From assembly GCA_001244265.2 (NCBI GenBank), contig CDLV01000007.1, positions 620,001 to 684,000 of the forward strand: DNA of 64,000 bases, given 5' to 3'. Positions 27,317-39,130 of the stretch are shown here, one piece after another. How positions within the stretch are numbered: the first letter of the stretch is position 1; every line of letters begins with the position of its first letter. Source of the DNA: Microbotryum violaceum. Taxonomy: Eukaryota. A program made the translations under genes and the position numbers. The notes below the pieces were generated by a model. That model did no database searches, was not told where the DNA came from, and was given only the letters and a program-made list of their open reading frames with translations.

Positions 27317-28175
27317 GGTTTTGCTTTTGGCTGGGTCGAGGAGCGTGGAGTTCGTGAAAGTCGGGCGAAAGATGCACAGTGCACAGATGACGAGGAAGAG
27401 GTGAAGAGGCGATAATTGACCGAGACCGAACCGGAATTGAACCCGGTTCAGTTTTGATTTCTGAAAACAGCAAAAAAAAAACCCAAAGGCGGTCCAGGAC
27501 AGTTGTTGACTCGAGTGCGCTTTAATGACACAGGGGCGATGATGCGACGCTCGTTGTTTCATCGCCCGCGCCGCGGAGGGGCTGCCCGGTTTCGTGTGAC
27601 TTGAGACACGTGTCTTTACTACCCGGGCAACACTGCCTCACTGTGTATAGTCAAACCTGAGAAAATTTATATCGCCCAATCTTATACCTGGCAAAATTTA
27701 TGGACTTTTCAATCTCCCGACTTTTTTGGCTGACAGAACCTGTCCAATCTTATACCTTATAATTTATGAGTTTACAGGTCATTAAATTATAAGATAAGAG
27801 AGAGCCGGAAATGAGCGATTGATCAGGAATTGGCCTCCCTTCGGCGTTCTTGTTGACGAGCGGCCTGCTGGAAGAGTCCGAAATGCCCCGAAACAGCCGA
27901 GAAGCGAGCACAGTAGAGCAGGACCCCCGAAAGCCCAGCCTGAGGCGCGTAGGTAAAATCCGCGAAAATCCGGGATTTTGGACCTTATTTGTCCACCAAT
28001 TTTTGGATTTTTCGGCCAAAAAGGTGCCCAGAATGTCCAGTCCATCTACGCGCCTCAAAAATAGCTCTAAAATTGCTTCAAATGCTCCAAAACATCTCCA
28101 AAAATCGCGAAAACGCCGTCCGGACGTTTTTCGCCCGAGCCGAACCAGCGGAGCCCGCGCGAGCCCGCACGCGTG

Positions 28176-31100
28176 TCAGCCGGTTCGGTTCTGCTTCGCC
28201 GAGGGCTCCTCACCTGCACTTGCTGCCTTCCTTTTTGACCCTACATCTTTCACGCCCTTCATTTGATTACTCAAGGACACAGAAGCGTCCCGTAATCCGT
28301 TGCAGCGTCGAAGAAAACAAAATCTTGCCTCAGCCTGCTGGCTCAAGTCGAAGACACGCTCCCCGAGGTATGCAACTGAATCCAGTGGTGCGAGAGTGAG
28401 CGCGGGCATCGAGGATGATTCCAAGGATTGAATGATTTGTCGAGCATCGAGTCCAAAGAACCGAGTCTTGCCGTCAATCATATGCGTTGAATAACGGCCC
28501 TTGCTGACAACTCGCAATTCTTGGAGGACGACATTCGATAGTAATGCTAGGGAGTCGGTTTCCGCTCTGTCACAATGATTTGACGTAGCCTTGGCATACA
28601 TGTAACGTACTACGAGAGGCAAGATCGATGTCAGTCACTCTGCGAAGTAGTAAGCTAGCTACAGTGAGATGTACGAACCAAGTCCAATCGACAGTTGTTC
28701 TTCTCCTATGTTGCTGGCGTCACAACTGACAGGTGTGATGCTTCGTTTCAATCCAAAGCAGACAAGAGAGCCGATTTTCAAAGGCGTAGCTGACGTGACG
28801 TTTCCGTCGATCGACCCAAACATTGGGATCTTGGCGAATACCGTATATTGCCTTGCTCGCAATTGCATCCGTACCTGGGCAAGAATGAACATTATTGATG
28901 GGCACTCTCCGGGCCATATGTGCAGAGCACACAATTGAAGCTCACTTCTTTACGTCCGTCTTCGATGTATCCTATGTTGTCCGTCTCGTTTGCGGTCGAA
29001 AAGCGACTGAAGGTCCCTTGTTTGGTCCAGCGAATGGACCTCGCGACTCCTGACACGGCTTCGAGACGGGCTGCACCCATTGATTGCACTAAGCCTCGGA
29101 GGACACTGGAGTGCACTTCACCGTGCTCGGACAATTTTGCTTTTGATGTGGGATCGGAATCTTGGGCAGTCGAGGTGGTGGCGCCGTGTCTTCCCTTGAG
29201 TAGGACAGCTCTGAACGGCTCAGCGTCCTCGGGCTCGAAATGCCAAGGTTCACTAGCTGGAAGGGGCGACATCAATCAGCTTTGCTCAAAACGAAGCCAC
29301 AAGCTTGGGCGACACCCACCATTGACCGGTATATCTTCCTCTAACTGGTTGGACTTCTGATATTGTATGGTATCCCACATTCGAAGACCAAGAAGAAGCT
29401 CTTTTGCAAGTCCTGCAGAAACCAAGCTTGTGGACCGAATCTCTTCATCGCTTGGATAAGTCCGCATTGCGACGAGGTCAAGATCGTCGAGCCTGTCATA
29501 CATGTGATGGTAGCCTTGACGCGAGTCTGCGGTCTCTGTCGGTCTCTGTCTTGAGCTTTCGCATCAGTCCTAGAAGCGCAGTAACTTTGCTTGCCGACTA
29601 AAAACCCGATATATAAGCTTTACAAGCAGTAGCTCACGTGAAGCCATGAAAGGAGGATGACTTACCTGCAGGAATTCTAAAGCATCAAATTCTTGCACGA
29701 CTTTGCGCAAACCGCCAAAAAAATGCTCGACCATCTCCGTACCATGTCGCCATGGTATGAACGCTTCTTCCGGCCAAAAGTCGCGGTAGTTCCGAATAAG
29801 GGCGATGTTTGCATCGACGACCTTTCGCATACCATCCAGGGTCTCCTTGGCAATAAAGGACTGCACGTTGTACCCGGGACGATTGCGGACGAAGGTCAAC
29901 CAGCCCTCAAATGTATAACGAACCGTCAATAGCATCTTGATACGTTCAATCGGCTGCAAGGACCTGTTTTGTATCGCGTCGTGAAGCTCGCCGCAGAGAA
30001 AGAGGAAGACTATGGCATCGGCATCGAATTTGCCGTCCTCGTAAAGTCGGCAAGCATAGCTTCGGAGAACGCTCGATGCGTCGCATTGTCATCTTGACGA
30101 TCACGTCCAATCACATCACGTAGATACAAGGTCCTCGCCGACTCTTCGACGTTGAGCAGCGTCAACAGGTCACGATATCCGATACATCCGGTGTCGCCGT
30201 ATATTGCCCTGGCGCCTGAATCGCACGCGCTGCGGAGATTTTTGCTCAGGTGCTTTTTGTCCCGATTGAAGCACGTAGGCGTGTTGCCCACTTGAACGGA
30301 TGCCAGTCGAATGGCTGGGAAGACTTTGTCGGGACCTGGAGATGGAATGACATGTGCGAGCTCTCGCCGACGGTTCCCCTCTCCGGTATACCCCTCATCG
30401 CCGCCAAGTCGCCTGCCATGACGCGCTGCAAGACGCCTTCGCTTGCCGCCCCATCCGCCGAGATGGAGGCAAGAAGATGACCTAGCCCAGCGTTGACAAG
30501 GAATTGAATAACTGATTCCAATTCATCTGCAGCCTCGGATGAGCTCGTCGAGTCGCCAATCACGAATGCGGCAAGGTATTGGGCTGGGCAAGAGACATCG
30601 TTTGGTGCAAGCATGTACACTCGAACCTATTCACAGAAGCGCCAGCAAATGAGCAATCAATCAAAGCGCTGCGCAGACATAGTCACCGACCTTGGTGCCA
30701 GCGATTGGAGGGTTCGGTCCCCGAAAGATACCCTCGAGCTCCTGCGTGGTTTCATACACGATTGGCGGGCCAACCATGCCAACGAGCTCGTGACGGAAGA
30801 TTTTCTGCCCGCGCAGGCGAGCTTCCGCTTCCTTGTCCTTCAAATAAACCCGTGTTGTCCTGGTTACTTGGGGCAGTTTCGTGTCGTCGACGTGGAGGTT
30901 AAAGGTCTTCCCATCCGAAAGGTTCTTTTGGATAATGCGCTGCATGTGGGGCTCATCTAAGCCGAACCTGGGCTTTTCGAATGTTGCTCGATGTTGTCTG
31001 AGAGGTTTAGAATCGTCAGTAGCCTGAAGGAATGACGGATAGCTCAGGTCTGAAACTTGCTGAAGTGTGCGCATCGAGACTCCGCCGACAGTTTTTTGCA

Positions 31101-33422
31101 CCACGCGCAACGCCGTGGGAGATGCCAGAGCCAGCGCGTGTTCAAAGTCGAGCAAAGCTTCATCTCGCACATAGCCTCTCATGTCCTTGCCTTGTGCGTC
31201 CCGCCTATGCTTGATCACGGCGACTTTTGCCATACCTTTCAGAATGTTGGCTCCAGCCAGCTCGTCGGAAACTAAACCTTGAGCGAAACGAAGATAGACC
31301 TTGCCATCTTTGGTCCCCAAAAGTTCCTCCAGACCTTGGTGTTCCTTGAAAACCTTTGACATCAAAGCCTCGACGGAAGCCAATCGTTTATTCGTGAACT
31401 TGATTGTGGGTCCGACAGCCCGAGGACGATGTAACGCCTGTGAGAAGGCTTTCGTGCGAAGCAGTGCCTTGCATTTGGCGCAAGACTCCAATTTCGTTCC
31501 ACATTGCGACTCCATTCCGATCCTGGTACAGTTGACACTGTTCACTCGGGGTGCTGAATGATCGTTCACCCACGTCCGCTCGTTCGCTTCCAGATTGTTG
31601 ATCTCACGGCGTTCAGAACGAGTCAATACACGTTTGCCAATTCTTGGGAACCTTCTCTTGATGAGCTTTAGCCGAGATGGTGCGCCTCCGCCTCGAGCAG
31701 AGCTCTTTGAGAGGTACATCTCTACACGTTGCCTGTTGAGCCGGGACATGCGGGAGGATCGGCAAGGCTTTTGCCTTGCGACTGGACAGCCGTTTCGGCG
31801 GGCGATCGGACAGCAAAGTAGTGGTCGATCTTGCGCATGTTCGTGCACGGAGGCTTTTTGTTGAGATGCTTCATGAAGCGAGTGACGCCGTGCCGTTTCG
31901 AGTATTCGACGTCTTTAAGATGCTCCTTGGCTAGTCTGACTCGTCGTGCTGTGATTGATTCCTCCGACTTCGGAGTTTCGTCGTCCGTGGTGCAATCATC
32001 GTCCGTGGTGCAATCATCGTCCGTGGTGCAATCATCGTCCGTGGTGCAATCCTCGTCCGTCTCGGAATCTGAGCAGAAGCATATCCCGGACCATGTCTGC
32101 TCGTCATTATCGATCTCGGCCATCTCCTCGACGTCCAACTCGTTTCTGTCCATGCCGGCAATGGGCGCGGGAAAGTCATGAGTGAGATGTTGAGATTTGG
32201 TTGCGAATGTTGCTAGTCGGTGAAACTGGCGAATGCGAGCGATATGAGCGCGACCGGCCGAAAAAGGTGCAACCAAAAGAAGCTCGGTTTCGACGACATT
32301 GATAGCCGCTGGTCCGCACGAGGAGCCGTCAGCCTGTTGAGCCATGCGGCCTTGCTTCGGTTCAGTGTTGAGAATATGCAGCTCGAGGTAGTTAAACAAG
32401 GCCAGTGCCGAGTTGCGAGTAATCTCGTCGATCCGAATATGCGAGAGCGAGTTGAAGAGCGTCCATGTCCTTTGCCCAACATCAACACGTGCCATTGCCC
32501 AATGATCGCGAAAGCAGAGCGGGAGAAACCAGACCGATTGAGGGCGAGCTTTAACGAAAGATCGAAGGTCGGCGAGAGTTCGATATGGGACAAGAGGAGA
32601 TGCGAAGATGTACTTGTCCAAGACTTCACGTTGAGGGGAGTCAGATTGATGTTTTCTTGAAGCGACCAAAATCGCCATGAGATCGGATGGGAATGCCCCG
32701 TATACTTTGTCGGGTGCTGTTGACGCTTGTACACGCGATGAAGCTAGTACGCTTGTGATGGCAACGTCCATCGCGGTTTCTCCAAGCCACGTTGACTCTA
32801 GAAAAAGCACGAAAAATAATCCCAATCAATCACGCGATCGAACAAATGAACAAATTGGCTGCTTACCGACGAAATCGAGCAGCGTGCGCAAGGACGCGCT
32901 ACACCCGAGGATCATTGAGGGGGTATATTGGTCCTCAACGAGCAGTGACGGCAGCACCTCCAGAGCCTTAACGATGAGAGGCTGATTTTCGATATCGACA
33001 CCCAGATAACTTTTCATCCACTCTTGGCTATTGATAACGACCGAACGCATGCGCTCGGCGTAATCTATATGCCGCCAGATCCTTTCGACACCGAAAGGCA
33101 GCCGGTGCCCGGTGATAGCGATAGACCGGTAACCTTGTTTACGTGCCGCAGTGATTGCTTCACGATCCTTGAACTTGTCCCTCCAAGCGCGGAGCGGCCT
33201 AGGAAGAGTATCAAACTCGAGAGGCTCGTCTGTCGACCACGAAAGCTGTATTTGCGTTTCTGGGTTGTCGAAACGGAAGGTGAGAAGCTCAGACACCCTG
33301 ACGTCCAAAAGGAGTGCCATTCGCTCAAAATCATCGTCAAGGAGCTCGATATCCGGATCGTCCAGATACATTACGTCGAAGCTGACTGAAGCGAGAACGT
33401 AGGATAATGACGATGTTGGCAC
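28176..33422 (-). pseudogene. Ulp1 (C48) protease - P-like DDE transposase gene, spliced, with apparent frameshifts
   Basis: Ulp1 motifs STWL, RDHW, FNSL, QQADGSSCG. Transposase motifs LHVDDTKL, ISADGAASE, DKKHLSKNLRS, GTEMVEHFFGGLRK. In-frame 69-nt intron at 32866-32798. Frame breaks near 31740, 30292 and 30030. Confidence 0.75.
31978..32060 (-). repeat. 18-bp coding tandem repeat x4 (encodes DDCTTD) between the Ulp1 and transposase regions
   Basis: tcgtccgtggtgcaatca repeated four times. Confidence 0.9.
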
Positions 33423-33483
33423 AGACGACGCAACGCGGCGGGGAAGGCAAGAGACGCGCGCAAGGCTCAGACTTTTCGTTCAT

Positions 33484-33543
33484 CCAGCCAAGTGGCTATA
33501 ATTGCAAAATCGTTTAACCAGCCAAGTGGCTATAATTGCAAAA
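33484..33543. repeat. 26-bp direct repeat upstream of the transposase gene
   Basis: ccagccaagtggctataattgcaaaa at 33484-33509 and 33518-33543. Confidence 0.85.
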
Positions 33544-34429
33544 CCGAACAATTAGAGCCCTTGCTGTTACTTCGGTACAGCCCAGAGTGTTTCCCACGCG
33601 CTCCGCACGTTCTTGAGGGTCGGCAAACTTTGGCGTACCAAGCCGAATGTGGCTGAAATGGGTCCCCGATTTGTCCACAGGCACCTACGGGCCTAGACCC
33701 CACCCGCACCGGCGCGCCCTGATTTGTCCACCCCGACTACGCGCCTTCGCGATTTTAGCCCATCTGAGGCCCCAAATTTGTCCAGTCGGGCACTACGCGC
33801 CTCAGGCTGGGCTTTCGGGGTCCTAGTAGAGCAAAGGCGGCGGTTGACCCGTTGACAGGCTATTAGTCGCGACGTGCTTCTCTCTCCTCTTCCGCCGACA
33901 ACGACGCCGAAATGAACATCTTCACAATCCGAGAAGCCTTCATCAGCAATTCCTCTTGATATCATCATGGTCTCATTCCCTTCCCGAAATTCATCTGCTG
34001 GCGCCACGGTCAAATCTTGTCTGATCGCAAGAACAAAGGATCGACCGACCATACACCTCTTCCCAACGGTCCCGAGCCTCTCGATGGCGATCACGGCATC
34101 ATCAACGCGATGAACGCTCTGAAGACGGCGAGCTGGTCGAAAAGGGGATATAGTTACGAGCAACGAGAAGATGAGTATCCACTTTCTCGTCGAAGTGGAG
34201 GAGGAGAACCTTGCTGGTGGGGCTGAAATGACCGATCAGGAGATTGTGGACCTGGTCATTGCCGAAGAGTTGGAGGAGAATTGCGAGGGAGAAGGAGGAG
34301 AGGAGGAAGCGGAGATAGAGCTCCGACCGGCGGAGCGAACGACGCTGAAGGAGGCAATCTCAGCAGGGCCCCAGAAAGCCCAGCCAGAGGCGCATGCGAA
34401 AAAACGCCCTTTTTTGGCCTTTATTTATA

Positions 34430-37016
34430 TCATTACTACCTCTATATATATAAAAAGGTCGATCCGCGACCATGTACCTGAAATCGCTATTTTTGACTGT
34501 GTTGCGGCCCTCTGGGCCGCCTATAGTGAATGTACCAGTACAGTATTGAGTCTGCCGCACCTGCCTGTGTTATTGGTGTCCCGACCAGAAGTCCTGTACG
34601 ACCCTTTTCGCATTTTCTGCACCATAAAAGTCCAGCTACAGCCCGAGGAATTTTTTTGTTGATTTTTGGCGGGGTGCCCAACTATTAAGCAGTTTGTGTG
34701 GGATTTAATGTATAGCAAGCGCGTGGGTTTGCATGACACTTCTTCTACAGAGCTCAGAGGTGGTCCCGCAGTCTTTGCGGGCGCGGCTTACGCTGCGCGA
34801 TGCGCCGTCAATCACGTAATGTGTATTGTTTACAACGCGACACCGGTTTGAACAACAACCTGATCTTCCAGGGGCTGTTCCCGCGATACTCTCTCTAACT
34901 CTTTCCTTTCCCTCCCACTCACCGAATTTTCGTGACAACCGCGCCGAGTCTGGCGCGAGGATAGCGTACCGCCGTGCCATGGGAGACCATGGGCCTGCTC
35001 GAGCTTACTCGAGCGCCTGCTGCTGGGCCCGCTGCTCGACTCTCCTCTTTGTCCCGCTCCGATCAACAGAATCAGCTCCCCGCGCACAATGACAACAATT
35101 CAACCGATCTTGGTATTGCGACCCGTATAAGCGTCCGCCGTACAGCTTTGTAGAACGGACAGCGTGGTCAGCGCGAGGGCCCGATGGCCGATCCGACGCT
35201 GAGCTCGCCCCACCACCACCTCTTCCTGCGCAGAGCAAGTGCACAGGCCTCGAACCCCGCTCAAACCACTCAAGCCCCACGTTCCCATCCGCGACTACCT
35301 CGGCCCCAGATGGCCGTGTGTATCCACTTCAAGACTCGACACTGGGAGTGCAAAGGACGAACCGGACACTTGAGCACGTGCTGCTCGCAGGGTAAGGTGC
35401 AGCTACCTCCCCCTCCCCAGCCCAATCCCGAGTATCGGCAGCTTCTTGAAGGCTCGGATAGCGGTCAGTTGCTCCGTCCAACGACATTCGTCTGTAGTAG
35501 GCCCACATGCTGAACGGTTCGACCCACCTACACAGAAGCGGTTGCATTCCGCGAGAATGCCCGGTCGTACAACAAGTTGAACGCGCTGTCTTCACTTCGC
35601 TCGCTGCCCACTTTGACCAGACTCGACTAGGCAGTCAAGGACCCCGCATGTTTCGGATACTTCGACGGCTTTACCATCGACTCGGCGCACTCTCGGCGCC
35701 CTGAATCCTGCCGTCAATCAGCGCCCAACCTTTGCCAAAACATGGCTCATCTGCCCGGCCGAGACCACCGACACTCAACTGGGACCCGACGGCGCAGACA
35801 GTCGCATACAAAGATCTACTTTGACCAAGCTCGAATCTACGTTGCGTACCGGCAATCGCTTGGTGAGGGAACTTGCATCGGCCAAAGCTCGCGCAGGTTA
35901 GGCCAAAGAGTGGGTCCTGCGCCTCTGCCTACCACCTGGCCGAGACCGACGCACACACAACCTTCCTACGTCGAGCACCGAAATGGCGATGCTTATCTGC
36001 GATTCCGACACCAACACGGGAGATCGTGGACCGCAAGACCTTATTCTCCAGGTGCACGGTGATCGATGTCCCGATGGTCGGCCCAAGTACCAAGTTGTTA
36101 GCTCGCTCCATCCGTCTGCGACGCCTCTCCGTTACCCACTCCTATTCCCCGCAGAGGAAGATAGCTTCCACCTCAACATTCCTCTGTGCAGTTCCAAACA
36201 AGCTGGGTCATCCTTCGCCGACAAAGAGGATGAAGACGAGGAGGAAGGGGACGAAGGGAATGGTGATGGTGAATGTAAGCCCTTTCGGCTCTTTCTCGGA
36301 TGTTCCATTCTGTTAAGGCGCATGCACAGACTGCACAGACTGACATTGAACGTTGGAACACCTAGGACGAAGCTCAAATAAAGGGGATCGAGGTGGCGAG
36401 TCTCGCGTTCACAATTATTTGCGTACTACTTGCACAAACGCGACGAGTACTTCTCAATCCCGCATTGTACCCAACGTGCCTTCCTGGCGTTCGTGATGAC
36501 GGATACTCCCAGGTCGAGACCGATCGACTCAACTTACCTCCAGTTGGATCAAGAAAAACCTCCGCCTCACCACGGGCCAAGGCATCATCAGCTTGACCCC
36601 GGATCAAGTTAGACGTTCGGTGATTTTGGGCTCAACGTTCAAGAATAGACCGCGCGAGAACACGCAGCGTTACCAAGATGCGATGGCGTGCGTCGTAAAA
36701 TATGGGATGCCTTCGCTGTTCATCACGGTGACATGCAACCCCGAATGGCTTAAAATCAAGGCTGCACTGGGACTGAACGACCAAGCATGCAACCGACCGG
36801 AACTCATTGCACGAGCGTTTGAAGCCAAGTTGAACCGACTCTGCGACGACGACCGTTTTGGCAACACGCAACGGGCAGGCTGTTTGTGAAAGAAGAACTG
36901 TTTCCTTGCTGTAATTCGTAGTGGGTTTATTCAACCTCTGTTGAAATCATGTAGACTGTTCGATTCTCCTGCTATTTGAATTTCACCCACCCGTTCATTT
37001 AACGGGTTCCCACTGG
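34430..37016 (+). mobile_element. Internally deleted Helitron (degenerate Rep N-terminal part only)
   Basis: A|TC 5' start at 34430 (less certain). 3' hairpin ACCCGTT-CATTT-AACGGGT (36989-37007), then CTGG|T. Helitron motifs CCSQGKVQLP, PLRYPLLFP, YQDAMACVVKYGMPSLFITVTCNPEW, RPELIARAFEAKL. No helicase domain. Confidence 0.88.
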
Positions 37017-37798
37017 TTTGTCAAAGTTTTTTACCCTATTTTGGCCCCAAAATGTCAAAATTTCGCATGCGCCTCGGAAATATTATCAAAATGTGTTCTA
37101 CATGCTCCAAAAAATCGCTCAAAAGTCCTCGAAAACGCGTTCCGAGCGTTTGCGGGCGCGCGGCGGCCTATCGAAAGTGGCTTGCGGCGCGCGTCGCTTC
37201 GGCTGGTGTTGCGCGTGGCTCCAGGCTTCAAACAAGCCTTCCTTGCTTTGCTGGCTGGCTCGCTGCTTCGTTGTCAGACTTCCTTTTTGCTGAAGTTGAG
37301 CTTCATGTTTCCGCGGTGTCATTTGTGCGGCTTGTAGAGGTTCTGCCGGCGGCATCTCGCAGGCCGGGCACGCTCCGAAGGGCGGCAACCTTTGCTCGGC
37401 ATGTGCGCTCGTGCTGATTAGGCGCGAGCATCGACAACTTGAGGCGGAAGTTTCAAGTTTGTGGGCTGTGTAGAACCGAACACGCGTGAGCTTAGACCGA
37501 AATTCCGATAGTTGAGCTTGGTAGACGCACGATTGGTCGTGAGAAGCTGTTTGCCTTCTCAACGGCATTGAGTAGATGATAAGGTCGAGTACTGGGTGTG
37601 CTCGTCTTTGGACAACTCGATGTGAAGAGACGCGTCGGCGGGAGCGACATCGAAGGCGAGGAGCTCGGCGATCGTCATGTTCATGTTGGTGAGCGGCAAT
37701 AATCAATCGAAGGCATCGTTCAAGGCCTGCATGGGATGATGTTGTCGTGCTATGCTCCAATCTCGGACCGAAGTGAAGCGGAGCGGAACCTGCGCCCC

Positions 37799-39130
37799 TT
37801 TTGTTTTTTTGTTTTTGATAGACTTCATTAACACATAATTATATTAGTACCTAGAAATCTTCGGAAAAGTCGGAGGAATGCTGTTACGCACACTGGCAGA
37901 AGCCAGTAGTGTAGGACTCATTGACCCTGAACCAGGATCAACCATACCCACTAAAACCCCTTTGGTGTCTTACAGAGACACTAGGCGACCCTTGGACTCC
38001 TGGATAGAGGCTCGAAGCCCCTCGAACTCCGTTTCGGTGATCGGTTCCAAAAGATCCGACGAGAATCGACGACGGCGACAGAGCTTCCAGATCGAGTGAA
38101 AGAAGAGGACTCGTAGTTCGACAAGTCGACGATCCGAGCGAGACACGACCGGGCATACAAAGTCCACAAAGACTGGGTGGGGGGTCGGGGACAGAGCAGA
38201 CCAGAGGCGCCGGGCAAATGGGCAGCCGACCGCGAGGTGAACCAGGCACTCGGGTGCTTCCGAGAGGCACATCACACAGGAGGTAGATCGATTGTTGGAA
38301 TGTGGGCTGGTTGGGGAGGCGACTTGGCGTCCCGGATGGAGGGACCCCAGGGAGAGAAGGTGGCCGGTATCCTCGGCGTCCGAGTGAACCCGGCGAACCT
38401 TGCGCAAAGCCTTCCACCAAGCGTTCCAGCGTTGCTCAGGCAGATCGAATACCTTCTGGTGTCCCTTGGGGAAGATAAGGGGGAAGATGAAGACTTGGTG
38501 GCGTTTGGACGCGTTCACAAACGAAGACGGGGTCATCACCTCGCCATCGGGCCCTCGAAAAAGCGTCGGGTTTACCGGGAGTTGTATTCCGTGGCCCGCT
38601 GGGAAATAGAGTACGTGCGTCGCCCATTGCTCGAGGTTCTGGCTCTTGGAGAGTTCCGGGGGATTGAGCGTGGTCACCAACGCCCAGGCTTCGAAGTATC
38701 GGACCCAACGAGCAGGAAGAAGTTTTGTTGTTTTTCTCACCGCATGGTCCCACTTTGGGGAAGGATGGCAAAAGTAAGCCCACCAGATCCAAATCCAAGG
38801 GCAACGATGCTGGTTGGGGGCCGGTCTGGACAAGGTGAAAGGGGTTGGTTCGTTTGGTGCCTGGAGGCGGATGCGGATGTCGAAGAGGTGGCGTGTGAAG
38901 CAGCCGTCCGGGGCCCGGAACTGGAAGACCCACTTCGCGTGATCGATTGCTAGACGCCGAGGCAGATCAATCAAACCGAAGCCGCCGTGATCAAGAGGGG
39001 TGCAGAGGCGCGACCGGGAGACCTTCGGACGTCGCTGAGTACCATCCGAAGCTCGACCGTGAATGGCCCTTTCAATATCTAATCGGCCTAATCCCTCACA
39101 GCCACTTAACTCAAGTGATTACCGAAGATG
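37799..39130 (-). mobile_element. 5'-truncated LINE fragment (post-RT region and zf-RVT)
   Basis: LCTPLDHGGFGLIDL motif and CVMCLSEAPECLVHLAVGCP zinc knuckle in ORF 37970-38974. A-rich tail at 37799-37816. 5' end approximate; no TSD found. Confidence 0.85.

Larger units (their letters stand above)
27920..33824 (-). mobile_element. P-superfamily-like DNA transposon, element 1 (5.9 kb)
   Basis: TIRs at 27920-27952 and 33793-33824 (AGGACCCC(C)GAAAGCCCAGCCTGAGGCGCGTAG). Perfect 8-bp TSD AGTAGAGC at 27912-27919 and 33825-33832. Subterminal TTTGTCCA repeats. Confidence 0.92.

Noticed and set aside
26957-27562. 201-aa ORF as the effector gene model
   Set aside because: It includes upstream and intronic sequence. 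The spliced model from ATG 27316 gives a clean signal peptide.
31722-32825. Stand-alone host ULP1 gene
   Set aside because: It lies inside TIR/TSD boundaries and runs directly into transposase motifs.
32826-32828. Stop-codon readthrough between two in-frame ORFs
   Set aside because: The TGA falls inside a canonical 69-nt GTAAGC...TAG intron (32866-32798).
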